64,000 nucleotides of DNA from Candidatus Melainabacteria bacterium 17Bon1m (GTDB lineage: Bacteria > Cyanobacteriota > Vampirovibrionia > Obscuribacterales > Obscuribacteraceae): assembly GCA_032128875.1 (NCBI GenBank), contig JAVLKG010000008.1, positions 128,001-192,000 on the forward strand, read 5' to 3'. Every line of letters starts with the position of its first letter. The first letter of the stretch is position 1. The translations under genes and the position numbers were made by a program. Below are positions 1 to 10,110 of this stretch, in pieces. The notes below the pieces were generated by a model. It worked only from the letters and a program-made list of their open reading frames with translations, did no database searches and was not told the DNA's origin.

Positions 1-267
1 AAGGTGCAGGGAAGAACAATCGGCGAGCGGTTCGAAACAGCTCGCGAGCTTTTGATCCCGGACACAGTGGAAGCGGCGCAGCGGGCGATTGAAGAACTCA
101 CCCCGACCCTCGGACGAACTTGCGGCATCAGCGAGTTCCAGACGCTCGCCGACTTGCTCTCCAGGGCGTACATCATCACGCGCGAACTGCCGTTGGCGCG
201 GCAGTGGCTGCAGTATGCACCGACGCAGCCCGGCCGCGCCGACATTCGGAGCTCTGCAAGCCGCTGA
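1..267 (+). CDS. 5'-truncated hypothetical protein with TPR-like C-terminal helix pair; related to 1138-1806 and 1823-2485
   Basis: Frame is open from base 1. ADLLSRAYIITRELPLARQWLQYA aligns by eye with AALLGRSFHLAGEYESAYFWLQMA. Confidence 0.6.
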   Translation, partial: KVQGRTIGERFETARELLIPDTVEAAQRAIEELTPTLGRTCGISEFQTLADLLSRAYIITRELPLARQWLQYAPTQPGRADIRSSASR

Positions 268-310
268 ATAAGACACAACAAAAAAACTCAAGCCAGAAAG
301 GATTTTCGCC

Positions 311-628
311 ATGCAGACTTCAGGAATCGTTTCCCTCATCCTCCTCGGCGTCATCGGGCTGGGCGCGTTCAAGGTGTGGCGCGTGCTCGTGACGCTCTTC
401 AGCAAGCCGTTCTCGACGCCCAACTTGCCGAAGATTCGCAAGGTCGCGTTCCTCATCGTGGCACTCCTCGTCGTCTCGATGCTGACGCCGTTCCTCCTGC
501 CGTTCAACTCCACGCTGCGTCTCGTCATCTACGGCGCCTACGCGCTCTTCGCCGTGCTGGGGCTCAGCCAGATCTGGGACTGGGTGAACGGGCTGCGCAG
601 TCGAGGCAACGCGAAGAACACGAAGTAA
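311..628 (+). CDS. Small membrane protein (about 3 TM)
   Basis: Three hydrophobic stretches, AAGGA upstream, strong C-ending codon bias. Confidence 0.8.
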   Translation: MQTSGIVSLILLGVIGLGAFKVWRVLVTLFSKPFSTPNLPKIRKVAFLIVALLVVSMLTPFLLPFNSTLRLVIYGAYALFAVLGLSQIWDWVNGLRSRGNAKNTK

Positions 629-739
629 GCACCAGAAACAAAGCCGGCTTGCACGTGCCAGTTTCATCGGCACTTGCAAACTGGTTTCGCACTAACGCAA
701 ACGCAGTCTAGTCAAAAACCTCAAAAAATAGGTGCAATC

Positions 740-976
740 ATGTTACAAGCACTCGTTACCCTGTGGTGGCTCTTCGCAGCGGGATTCGTTCTCGGCGCCG
801 TTTTCGCGTTTGCGCCGAGCTTCGGCAGCCACGGCAGCATCAACAGAGGCAACCACTGGACGAAGAATGCCTCCAACGCAGCCGGGGACCTCTTCGGCGT
901 CTTAATCGGCGCGGTGCTGATGTTCTTTTGCGGCATCCTGCTCGTAATCTGCGGGATCGCAGCGCTGTTGTCATAG
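740..976 (+). CDS. Small 2-TM membrane protein
   Basis: ATG at 740 after AGGT; two hydrophobic helices. Confidence 0.7.
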   Translation: MLQALVTLWWLFAAGFVLGAVFAFAPSFGSHGSINRGNHWTKNASNAAGDLFGVLIGAVLMFFCGILLVICGIAALLS

Positions 977-1137
977 CAGCAAGGCCCGCTCGAAAGCACA
1001 GCAAAAGAACGCCACTTCTTTTACTCTCCATGCGCCGGGAATCACCTCCGGCGCTTGGAGAATTTCGACGACTGCAGAACTGACGCTCGAGTACTCCGGC
1101 GCAGTCAGCAGCCAGCAGTAGTAGAGAAGAAAACAAA

Positions 1138-1806
1138 ATGACCATGCGCACCCGCACCTACCTCAAGGAAAGTGGACTTGCGGTTCTCCAGGGCGTGATT
1201 GCCGGACGTCTGCAGTTTGCAGAAACCGGCTCATACGTTGCTTCCATCTACCAGACGACCGACGAGAGACTCGTCGAGATCGCGCGCGACTTGTACACCA
1301 AGGAGCCGGTTACTAACACTGCCTTGATTCCTGCCATTGCAGCGGCGCATTACTTGCTCATCTTGCAGGGGTCGGAGGATCAGTGGCGCTACGATTTGCG
1401 CCTCAGGCAAGCGCTTAACAGCACAGAAGGCTACGTCGAAATCGCAGTCACGAAGGCCAGAGAAAAGAAGGAGCGACTGAGCGACATCCGCTGCGTGCTG
1501 GCGGAGTTCTTGCGCGGGGAGATCGATAAGCCCAGCATGAAGTACGCCTGCGCACTTCTCGGTGAATCCTACATGCTGGAGGACGACTTCGAGTGTGCGT
1601 TCTTCTGGCTGAAACTCGCACATGCCGGTCCCTACGGTTCGACGCAACACATGCTGGACAAGTCGGCGGCAAGAGTAGCGGAAAACCGCGAGCGTGGCTT
1701 GGAGCCACAGATTCGTTCGAGCAGCGAAGGATACCGCTACCGCCCGTTGAAGCGCGCAGAGAGAGAAGAACGCCGCCGCAAGAACGCCGCAAAGAGAGCC
1801 CAGTAG
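1138..1806 (+). CDS. Hypothetical helical protein with TPR-like motif (paralog 1)
   Basis: N-terminal RTRTYLK and C-terminal AFFWLKLAHAGPY...EGYRYRPL resemble the next gene. Confidence 0.8.
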   Translation: MTMRTRTYLKESGLAVLQGVIAGRLQFAETGSYVASIYQTTDERLVEIARDLYTKEPVTNTALIPAIAAAHYLLILQGSEDQWRYDLRLRQALNSTEGYVEIAVTKAREKKERLSDIRCVLAEFLRGEIDKPSMKYACALLGESYMLEDDFECAFFWLKLAHAGPYGSTQHMLDKSAARVAENRERGLEPQIRSSSEGYRYRPLKRAEREERRRKNAAKRAQ

Positions 1807-1822
1807 ACAGCAGAATACGACA

Positions 1823-2485
1823 ATGAATACCCACACTCGCACCTACATCAAGCTGGACGGAATGCCGGTTCTCGCGCGCCTGATTCGCGAGAATCTCGTC
1901 GCGTTCGAAACCGAGTTTCGCTACTTGGAAGCTCTCTATCGGTTTCACCGAGACGAAGGCTTCTGCCAAGGTCAGCTTCCGGTCGAGGAAATCAGGCGTT
2001 CAGTTTTCGAAGCTGAATATCTGGTTTTCGTTCAGGCAATCGAAAACGACTGGCGCAAGCGCGAGACAAGGTTCTTCAGCATGGAATGTCTTGTGGAAAC
2101 CCAGCGCACCAAAGAGCGAGAAAGAGCGCAGAGAGTTTCAGACGTGCAGAGCTTGATGGCGGCACTGATGGAAACTCCGCTCAATGAGCGCGACACGAAG
2201 CATGTCGCCGCGCTGCTTGGGCGAAGCTTCCATCTCGCTGGAGAGTACGAATCCGCTTACTTCTGGCTGCAGATGGCAGAAGACGGACCGTACTCTTTCA
2301 TTCCGGACTCGCTCAAGATGGCTAAGGAGTTCTCCTCGGGCAAAACGAAGATGCAGCAGACCAATGAGGGGTGGCAATACGAACCACTCTCGGACTGTGA
2401 CAAAGAGTTGATTCTTCGTGCGCGGCGTCGACGGGAAATGCAAGTAAAGGACGAAGAGCGCAGGAACGCAATCTGGCACGAGTAG
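1823..2485 (+). CDS. Hypothetical helical protein with TPR-like motif (paralog 2)
   Basis: HTRTYIK, AYFWLQMAEDGPY and EGWQYEPL match the previous gene. Confidence 0.8.
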   Translation: MNTHTRTYIKLDGMPVLARLIRENLVAFETEFRYLEALYRFHRDEGFCQGQLPVEEIRRSVFEAEYLVFVQAIENDWRKRETRFFSMECLVETQRTKERERAQRVSDVQSLMAALMETPLNERDTKHVAALLGRSFHLAGEYESAYFWLQMAEDGPYSFIPDSLKMAKEFSSGKTKMQQTNEGWQYEPLSDCDKELILRARRRREMQVKDEERRNAIWHE

Positions 2486-2541
2486 GCGGTGGCTTGAAGT
2501 AAAGAACAAAAACAGCTAATGCAACTTTCGAAAGAGTGAAG

Positions 2542-3024
2542 ATGGACAACGACACCACAACCGCTCCAAAGAACGAAGTGAACAACGAACAAGAACAGGA
2601 ACAGGCACGGGTGAACCGGCGGCAGTGGCTCAGACTGGCGAAAATGGGGATGTCCGATTTCGCCAACGAGTACGCGACGGAGACTGCGCAATGGACTCCG
2701 GGAATGCATCGCTCCATCCCAAAGGTGGTAGAAGCGCGTAAAACGCTGATGCAGGTTGCGGCACCGATCGCCAATCTCCCGGAAGAATCTCACATGTGGA
2801 GCGAGTGCGTTGCGCTAATCGCCGACTCGTTCTTCTACGAAAACCGCTACACCGAAGCGCTCGCGCTCTACGAACTAGTCAAAGACAGGCTGTTGACCGA
2901 CAAGACCTTGATGGACAGCCTCCGTCGCTACGCAGACGCACACTTCGCCGCCGGCATGTTCAAAGAAGCAGCTCTGCTCTATCGCGAAGTGATCGTCAAA
3001 GAGGTGGCGGAACAACTGCTGTAG
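2542..3024 (+). CDS. Small TPR-like protein
   Basis: TPR-like helices (IADSFFYENRYTEALALYE; YADAHFAAGMFKEAALLYRE). Confidence 0.75.
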   Translation: MDNDTTTAPKNEVNNEQEQEQARVNRRQWLRLAKMGMSDFANEYATETAQWTPGMHRSIPKVVEARKTLMQVAAPIANLPEESHMWSECVALIADSFFYENRYTEALALYELVKDRLLTDKTLMDSLRRYADAHFAAGMFKEAALLYREVIVKEVAEQLL

Positions 3025-3105
3025 CGCGCTCCTCCGGACAGTCACAATCAGCGCATCGAAACAGCCAACTCAGCAAAAAAGCCAACGTCGACAAAGGATC
3101 AAAAC

Positions 3106-3483
3106 ATGTACGCAATCGAATCGCCCGAAGTCTGGAGCAAGCTAACCGCCTCTGTCGAACTGCTCGCCAAGGTCAAGAACACTGGCACCTACGAAGGATA
3201 CGCAGGTCTGCAGTGGTCGCTCACCGACCGCCAGCACTACGAAAGTCTCGTGGATTCTTCGCAAAAGTATTCTCACCTGGCCGCCGTGGCCATGGAGGGC
3301 GCCGCGCGCAACATGCTGCCGAAGGAGGGCGTCGACACGTTCTTCGCACTCGTCGTCAAAGCGGTGGAGACGCGGCTGGAAGGATTCGAATTCTACATCG
3401 CGATGCACGGAGAAATTCACAGCATGATCCGCGACCGAAAGACGCTTCAGGAGTCGTTGAGCGCGGTCCGCAAGTTCGAATAA
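3106..3483 (+). CDS. Hypothetical protein
   Basis: AAGGA upstream, biased codon usage, co-oriented with the islet. Confidence 0.75.
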   Translation: MYAIESPEVWSKLTASVELLAKVKNTGTYEGYAGLQWSLTDRQHYESLVDSSQKYSHLAAVAMEGAARNMLPKEGVDTFFALVVKAVETRLEGFEFYIAMHGEIHSMIRDRKTLQESLSAVRKFE

Positions 3484-3791
3484 CGAGTAGTGCGTCCGCA
3501 ACCAGAGTAGCGTTTCGGATAGTCTACAAACAGCGAACATCCCAACAGCAAAGTCGGATTACTGCTCGGACAGAGTAGCCGTCCGGCTTTGCTAGCGAAC
3601 TACAATCAAACTGCTTTTTGAAGCAGTCTCTACTACCTGCTTTAATAGATACAACAACAAAAAACAAGCTGAGCACCAAATACGACACCAACGCCCAGGG
3701 GTGGATACGATGTAGTTGCATTTGCGCAATTTCCATCGTATCCACCCTGACGTCTGTTCAAATCAAGTCAGCGAACCTGATTCAAATCCGC

Positions 3792-4388
3792 TCAGCGAGC
3801 CTTCGCCAAGACGAAGTTGAAAGTTCCTTTCTGCACGACTCCGGAAGCGGGAACCGCCGGATTGAGACGCACGACCAACTCCGGCAGGAAGAAGTCGTCG
3901 CCGGGGATGTCCAGCTTGTTCTGCTCGTCATCTTCGAAGTAGAGCTGCGTGGTCAGCGTCCTGTAGCCCTTCGCCTCCACGACGACGTGGATGTGAGCAG
4001 GACGCCAGAGATTGTAGCCGTCGTCGAAGTAGTTGCCGGGACGCAGGATGTTGAACGCGTAACCACCCGACTTGTCGGAGATGATCCGACCGCGATACTT
4101 GTGGTCTTTGAGCGCGATCGGCTTCGGACTGCCGTCGTCGTTCTGGTTGTCGTAACGACCCGAAGGATCGGCGACCCACACAGACACGGTTGCATCGGCA
4201 ATCGGTTTACCGTCGCGAGCTACGACCTGCCCGCTGATGCTGATTTCTTCGCCGGCGGTTCCTGCAGGGAAAAGGCTGCTCTGCAGTTTGGCATTGGCGA
4301 TGAAATATGGTCCTAGCACTTGCCCCGCGGTGAGGGGAAAGCGGCGATCCAGGAGCTTGGGCTTGGGAACACTTGCTTTCTTTGCCAT
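3792..4388 (-). CDS. Intradiol ring-cleavage dioxygenase (protocatechuate 3,4-/catechol 1,2-dioxygenase family)
   Basis: GPYF, VWVADPSGRY, RPGNY, WRPAHIH and LTTQLYF motifs; 2 Tyr + 2 His iron-ligand pattern present. Confidence 0.9.
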   Translation of the reverse strand: MAKKASVPKPKLLDRRFPLTAGQVLGPYFIANAKLQSSLFPAGTAGEEISISGQVVARDGKPIADATVSVWVADPSGRYDNQNDDGSPKPIALKDHKYRGRIISDKSGGYAFNILRPGNYFDDGYNLWRPAHIHVVVEAKGYRTLTTQLYFEDDEQNKLDIPGDDFFLPELVVRLNPAVPASGVVQKGTFNFVLAKAR

Positions 4389-4543
4389 TGTTGTTTTCTC
4401 TTTGTCGCTTGCAGTTCCAACCCACAGCCAAAACGGCGCGTCCGTGCGCCGTTTCACATTGAGAAGACCGATGTTTTTGCACCGGTCTGGCTGTGGCTGT
4501 GAGTCGAACTACTGACGTTTTGGTCGCGAGTGCGACCGGTGAA

Positions 4544-4960
4544 TCACCTGGTGGTGACTTGGTTCGGGTCGGACACCGGGGGTTTGCCGGAACCCGATGC
4601 GATAGCACCGTCACCGGCGTAGCGCTTCTTCACCTCGTCGGCAGCCCAGTCGACGCCGGTTTTCAACGCGCCCTTGGCTTTGTTGAAGATGTAGTTGCGC
4701 ATGAAATTGACGATGAACCCGACGCCGAAGACCAGCGCAGAGATGATGTAGACGGCGGTCGCTACGCCGGCATAACCAGCGTAAAAGTGCAGCGCCCATC
4801 CACCGACTGCCAGCACAATCGCACCCACCATCAGGAGTTTGGCGATGATGCCGGCGACACGATACGGGCCGACCTTCGTTAGAGCGAATTCGGCAGTCTT
4901 CTCGACAGCGCCGTCAGCGGCATACTGAGCAGCTTTGCCGGACAATTTCTTCCAGTCCAT
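4544..4960 (-). CDS. 2-TM membrane protein
   Basis: Two hydrophobic helices; GAGG 8 nt upstream of the ATG at 4960. Confidence 0.75.
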   Translation of the reverse strand: MDWKKLSGKAAQYAADGAVEKTAEFALTKVGPYRVAGIIAKLLMVGAIVLAVGGWALHFYAGYAGVATAVYIISALVFGVGFIVNFMRNYIFNKAKGALKTGVDWAADEVKKRYAGDGAIASGSGKPPVSDPNQVTTR

Positions 4961-5032
4961 TCGCATTTCCTCGGGCATCTTGCATGCCCATTAGAATGAA
5001 GGAGAGCCCCCACAATCGGCAGAGATGTGACT

Positions 5033-5061
5033 GTAAGGGCAATGCATGGCATCGCCCCTAC
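5033..5061 (-). repeat. GTAG-type REP-like palindrome
   Basis: Minus strand reads GTAGGGGCGATGCCATGCATTGCCCTTAC; resembles 34437-34461. Confidence 0.6.
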
Positions 5062-5094
5062 AGCGTGGGGACTGGGTTTAGTGTTGACGCGTCG

Positions 5095-5538
5095 TTAGTG
5101 CTGCTTGTGCAGCAGGTCCAGCAAGCGCTCCAGCTCATCTGCGTCGGCACGCGCACCATTCTGCCCGTTGACGTGCTTGCCGTCGAGGACGAACACGAAA
5201 GCGGGAGTGCGCAGCGCGCCGTTCGCCAGCGCCAGAGGGAGATTCTCCACATGCGCTGTGTTGATGGCCACGACCTTGACGTCGTAGGCGTTCCTCCAGG
5301 CGAAATCCTTGACGATTTTCAGCTGAGCTTCGTCGCCGGCGGAGTTCTTTTCCTGGCGATAGAAGTAGATGAGAACCGGCTTGGCGCCCTGGACGTTTTC
5401 GACTTCCTGCTCGTACGAGAAGAGGTCGACGTTGGTCACCTGACCGTGCTGCTGGCGATAGGTGTAGTCCTTGTGGAAAAGGAAGCCACCCACGCCGACG
5501 GCGATCAGGACCAGGATTGCGATGATGCTTCGATTCAT
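5095..5538 (-). CDS. Membrane-anchored thioredoxin-fold protein lacking CxxC
   Basis: KPVLIYFY, VKVVAIN and RTPAFVFVLDGK follow the thioredoxin pattern; the protein has no Cys. Confidence 0.75.
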   Translation of the reverse strand: MNRSIIAILVLIAVGVGGFLFHKDYTYRQQHGQVTNVDLFSYEQEVENVQGAKPVLIYFYRQEKNSAGDEAQLKIVKDFAWRNAYDVKVVAINTAHVENLPLALANGALRTPAFVFVLDGKHVNGQNGARADADELERLLDLLHKQH

Positions 5539-5670
5539 GTTTTTTCTCCGAATCGTTAGGACAGCATTCGACAGAGTTATGACCGCTTGCGGCTGTCACC
5601 CAAGCGACCCTCTTTGTTTGGACAACGTCTGCAAGAAAAGTTCAGACGGTGGCGACCTTCGCCTTTGCCG

Positions 5671-6408
5671 CTAATTACCGATGCTGCCGATGATGGCAAC
5701 CGCGACGAACATCTCGGGACAGGCGATCAGCGCGATGGCGAAGCCGATGGCCACGACGACAACGAACGCGTAGAGAATCATCATCTTGGTGAACTGCCAG
5801 AAGGACAGGTGAGCGATGATGGTTTGCTCCTTCACCTCGACGGAGCTGAGGAACATGCGCGCCATCTGCCCCTTGAACGTGTCGGGCAGCTTGTAGACAG
5901 GCATGCGCTCCAGCGTAAATTCAGCAGACTTCTGCACCATGCTGTTAACCAGCTCGGCGCCTGCCTTCACGAGTTCGTCCTTATTGGCGAGCACCTTCGG
6001 GCTCGATACCCATTTCTCGACGAAGTTGTCGAGCCTGGTGGCGACGCTCTCTCCGTTGGTCTTCACGTCGACGAGCTTGAGCTCATCCGGCTTGAAGTGG
6101 AAAGTGCCGTCCAGGCTGTTGTAGGTGAGAGTGCCCTTGGTTTCAGCCTTGACGACGAATTCGGTCTTCATCTTCTTCGCCGAAGCGACGATGACGAGTC
6201 CGATTTTGTCGCCGGTCAAGTCCAGGGCAACGGAGTGGATGACGACGTCCTTCTTCGTGGTGAAGGGCATCTTCACGTCGATCTTCTGTTGGACTTCCGC
6301 CTGGCCCATCTTCACTTCGTGCAAGCCGAAGATATTCCAGGCAATGCCCGCAACGCCGATGAGGAGTGCGATGACGACCGCGCTCCAGGCAAATTTGCGT
6401 TTTGACAT
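5671..6408 (-). CDS. DUF1439-like protein with N- and C-terminal TM helices
   Basis: EVQQKIDVKMPF, LTYNSLDGTFHF and LERMPVYKL resemble the DUF1439 pattern. Confidence 0.65.
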   Translation of the reverse strand: MSKRKFAWSAVVIALLIGVAGIAWNIFGLHEVKMGQAEVQQKIDVKMPFTTKKDVVIHSVALDLTGDKIGLVIVASAKKMKTEFVVKAETKGTLTYNSLDGTFHFKPDELKLVDVKTNGESVATRLDNFVEKWVSSPKVLANKDELVKAGAELVNSMVQKSAEFTLERMPVYKLPDTFKGQMARMFLSSVEVKEQTIIAHLSFWQFTKMMILYAFVVVVAIGFAIALIACPEMFVAVAIIGSIGN

Positions 6409-6856
6409 ATGAGTAGACCTCGAGATTGGTATGCCGACGATGTCGGCGGAAAAGCGTGGAAACGTCTGCATCAAGTCAAACGTGCACGCGCCAGCGACAC
6501 CATGCCGCTGAGGAGAGTCGAGATTTCGAGTTGGAGGAGGATGGAGCTTTTTAAACGCTCTTTCTTGTTGTGGGGTTAGAAACCGGAATTACAGTAAAGA
6601 CCTATCAAGAGTTCTTGACCAAGGACTACATAAGAACGTCCTATGTTGCACGGGATAAACATACTCAGCGCGCAGGAAAACTCCTCAAACCCCAACCACT
6701 ATGGGCTTCACAGCAGGGCGGAAGGTTCAGGATAAACACACGCACATCAAGAAAAAGCGTTAATGATGACTGCCTGCGGTAGCGACGCTCGTGCGAGCGC
6801 AGACTGTCCTGGAAAAAGTGATAGCCACTTAGCTTTTCCGGTCTTCTTCAATCTGG

Positions 6857-8563
6857 CTAGTCTTTGGCGGTCAACTGGTCTTCTGCGGCAATCTCGATGA
6901 CAGACCAACTGCCCGTGATTAAGCCGGTCGCCTTGTCGTTGAGTTTTTGCGCTTCGTCGTGTCGGTTATTGGTCGTCAACAGGTCGGCGTAGTTTTTCTT
7001 GATACGAATAGTATCCGGATGGTCTTCACCGAGCGTTTTCTTTCTCACCGCCAAGCCGCGCTGGTAACAGTGTTCTGCCTCACGATACTTACACTGAATG
7101 TGATACAGCGTAGCCAGGTTGTGCAAACTTGTCGCCACGTCAGGGTGGTCTTTACCGTGCGCGCTCTCATAGATTTTTGCAGATTCTTCTGCAAACTCTT
7201 CAGCTTCCCTGTAGTGACCTTGCATATAATGCAGCTTCGCAAGCGTGTTTGCGGCAGATGCGACTAGAGGATTTGCCGCCCCAAGTGCCTCCTTCTTCAG
7301 CTTGAATGAGCGCCGGAAATGAGGTTCTGCCAGGTAAAACTTCTCTTGCCGGCAAAGCACTTCACCCAAACTATCCAGGCTGTACGCCAATCTCTGAGCA
7401 TTGCCCGTAACCTTTTCAGCAACTTTTACAGCGCCGTACCAAGAACGCTCGGCACTTTCAAAATCGCCTTTGGTCGTCTGAGCCTCAGCTTCCATACGGG
7501 TTTTGTTCCACACCTCATCAAGGTTTTTCATGGTCTGCGTAATGCGAGCATTGACGTTTTGCATATTCGCAGGCGGTGGAACTTTCACCTGCGGCACAAA
7601 CTGATTGTTGGTTGCAAACTCTCGCTTGTCCAGCTGCCCCGGCTGCGGTGTGCCCGAGGGCATAACAATCGGCGCGGTACTAGCGACTGGAACACTTGCT
7701 TGAGCTGCCGGCGGAACAATTGCTCCCCCAGCTCTTCCACTCAAAATCGATGCGGGTTGCGGAGTTGCAGCAACCGCTGGTGCAGCTACGGATTTCGGCG
7801 GAGCAACCGGCTGCGTAGTTTGATTTTGATTGAAAACAATCGGCGCTTTCTGCTGCGCAGACAATGCGACCGAGGGAGGAATGCTCTGCGGAGTCAGACT
7901 TGGTGGGCGCGGTGGAGCCTTGGTTTCGTTGACAGACAAAGCTGGCTGGCTCTGCGAAATCGTGGCAGGCGAAGGCGGCGGTGGTGGTGGTGCAGAAGTA
8001 GTTGCAGAAGTAGTTGCAACAGTCGGTGCATCTCCATTGCTGCCTTGAGTATTCGTCTGACCCGGCTGTCCCCAACGTCCTGTCTTAATAGACTCGGCAC
8101 AGCGCTTGATGTACTCAGCTTGATCGGCACGGTGAGTAGCATGCAGCAAGTCAGCGTAGTCATCCATAATGCGGGCAAGCTCTGGATGGTTAGAACCCAG
8201 CCACTTCATCATGACGGTCGTAACCTGCTTGTAGAGCGGTTCTGCCAGACCAAGTTTTTGTTCGTAATGGTAAAGGTTTGCAAGTCGGTAGCTTACGCAG
8301 GCGGTCTTGAAGTGATCCGGCCCGACTGTATTTTGATACAAAAGCAGTAAACGCCGTGCGTGTGCTTCAACTTGACCAAACTGCCCAGCATACCAGTTAG
8401 CCTCAACTAGCTGTTCAAGCGTGTTTGCAAGACGCGAATCCTTGTCGCCAAATCTCTCCGCTTCGGCCAGAGCCCCGAAAAAACACTGCTCGGCTTGCTT
8501 AAAATTGCCCTCTCTCAGAGCATCATTTCCGGCATCAAAAAGTTTCCGCCACTCCTGATCCAT
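6857..8563 (-). CDS. TPR protein: two kinesin-light-chain-type TPR blocks joined by a Pro/Ala/Gln-rich linker
   Basis: Repeats such as GKDHPDVATSLHNLATLY and LGEDHPDT; central low-complexity region. Confidence 0.9.
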   Translation of the reverse strand: MDQEWRKLFDAGNDALREGNFKQAEQCFFGALAEAERFGDKDSRLANTLEQLVEANWYAGQFGQVEAHARRLLLLYQNTVGPDHFKTACVSYRLANLYHYEQKLGLAEPLYKQVTTVMMKWLGSNHPELARIMDDYADLLHATHRADQAEYIKRCAESIKTGRWGQPGQTNTQGSNGDAPTVATTSATTSAPPPPPPSPATISQSQPALSVNETKAPPRPPSLTPQSIPPSVALSAQQKAPIVFNQNQTTQPVAPPKSVAAPAVAATPQPASILSGRAGGAIVPPAAQASVPVASTAPIVMPSGTPQPGQLDKREFATNNQFVPQVKVPPPANMQNVNARITQTMKNLDEVWNKTRMEAEAQTTKGDFESAERSWYGAVKVAEKVTGNAQRLAYSLDSLGEVLCRQEKFYLAEPHFRRSFKLKKEALGAANPLVASAANTLAKLHYMQGHYREAEEFAEESAKIYESAHGKDHPDVATSLHNLATLYHIQCKYREAEHCYQRGLAVRKKTLGEDHPDTIRIKKNYADLLTTNNRHDEAQKLNDKATGLITGSWSVIEIAAEDQLTAKD

Positions 8564-9098
8564 TGGTCAGCGCCCCACGACGAAACATGACTACCCGAGT
8601 CTCCGGATAATTCATTCCCCATATTGATAAGAGATCTCACCTTAGCAAGTATTTTTTTTCAAGAATTAGTTTTATCAACCGTTTTGGGAAAGGATGCCTA
8701 TAACATTTTCGCTCCGTAGAAAGCATAATTCTCGCCCATCCCAAGCGCACCATATTTGATACCATCTTTCGGCAAATTTAGACAACAGGAACTAGTGGTG
8801 AGAACGTTGCCCGCGGAAATAGAATAATTTGCGTGAAACGGTCTTCGCGAACATCATAGTGAATCGCAATGCAATGCATTAATCGGTAAATTTCCGAGGA
8901 ATTTTCTCGGTTTTCTTTCTGATTTGAGGGAATTACCCAGGTTTTTCCCTCACCCGGTTTGTCCAAACACTCTGACATACAATAGTAGACAAGCGGGATA
9001 AAACGAGAGCGTAGAGGCTTTCGCCCCTACGCCCCGTAGCCTGCTTAGCAGTCAGTCAAGCGATGCCGGCAGAAACGCGTTTGGCGCGCAACTGTGGC

Positions 9099-9698
9099 TT
9101 AACGCTCGACGCGCTGATAGCAGCCCTTGCTGTCGGTGTAGCCGTAGCAGAGCCGCTCGGTGCACCACGTCGCAGTAACGACGCGCGTCACCGTAATGGG
9201 CACCTGGCGAATGCTGTAGACAGGCACATCGACACGCACCATGACGTAGCGTCCGCACTGACGATCCCAACGGCGTTCCCAACCTTCGGTGTAGCCGCTG
9301 ATGTAGCGCTCGTCACGGTAGCCGACGATCTCGGTGACGGTCACCTGGATCGGGTCGTGGCAGGGCGGCTGAACAACGACGACGGGCGGCGGGCACGGCG
9401 CAGGGACAACGACAACAGGAGGCTCGCAACGCGGCGCGGGCAGGATGACGACGGGCGGGCGGCGGTCCCAACGGTCATTGTGACCCCAGCGATCATTGCG
9501 ATCCCGGCGATCATTACGGTCCCAACGGTCATTGCGACCGTGGCGATCGCGGTCACCGACGCCAATCCGCACGGAGAAGCCGTCGCGGCCGGAGCCGACA
9601 CTGACGCCGACGCCGACGCGCACGTCCTGGGCAGAGGCGGGGCTCGAAAAGCCAAAGCCGAGGACAGCAGCACAGGCCAACAGGGTGATGGTCTTCAT
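9099..9698 (-). CDS. Secreted protein with (R/H)NDRWD repeats and a Pro/Val/Cys-rich segment
   Basis: Signal peptide ending ASA-Q; tandem hexapeptides; AAGGA upstream. Confidence 0.75.
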   Translation of the reverse strand: MKTITLLACAAVLGFGFSSPASAQDVRVGVGVSVGSGRDGFSVRIGVGDRDRHGRNDRWDRNDRRDRNDRWGHNDRWDRRPPVVILPAPRCEPPVVVVPAPCPPPVVVVQPPCHDPIQVTVTEIVGYRDERYISGYTEGWERRWDRQCGRYVMVRVDVPVYSIRQVPITVTRVVTATWCTERLCYGYTDSKGCYQRVER

Positions 9699-9940
9699 AG
9701 GATTTCTTCCTTTTGGAACGCGTTTTTGCGTTCCTTTTTTCGAACGCTGAACGCGTTCAGGACCGCAACAAGTGCGTCCCTTCGTTAGTTGCGCAAAGCA
9801 CAACTACCCCAATCGCTTTGAGCACGCCGAATTCCAATCCCAACAACCGAAGGTTGCTGTTACAAGATTGAATTCCGTCGAAGCGGGCTGTGTCTTCTGG
9901 GTTTACGGTCTCAAAAGCTAAAGCGGAGGGGTAATTCGGA

Positions 9941-9969
9941 TTCTTAGTCACATCGCTTTACGATGTCAA
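9941..9969 (-). promoter_or_regulatory. Sigma70-like promoter with an inverted repeat over the spacer
   Basis: Minus strand TTGACA-N17-TAAGAA; inverted repeat ACATCG-N5-CGATGT at 9950-9966. Confidence 0.55.
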
Positions 9970-10110
9970 GAAGCCGTAACGCAGGAATGGGCGTTTTCGA
10001 AGCGCTATTGGAAAAGACCGGCAGGACAATAGATAGCGCAACTAGCGTTTCTTCTAAGAAACCTCAAAACCCGCTATTCTTGCCACTTTTCTGTCACTTT
10101 TCCTGCAGAA

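Noticed and set aside
629-1137. Classical integron attC sites in islet spacers
   Set aside because: The hairpins lack consistent RYYYAAC...GTTRRRY ends, and no intI is in the window.
3524-3745. 73-aa minus-strand ORF with one hydrophobic stretch
   Set aside because: No clear ribosome-binding site or motif in an AT-rich gap between convergent islets; cannot be supported.
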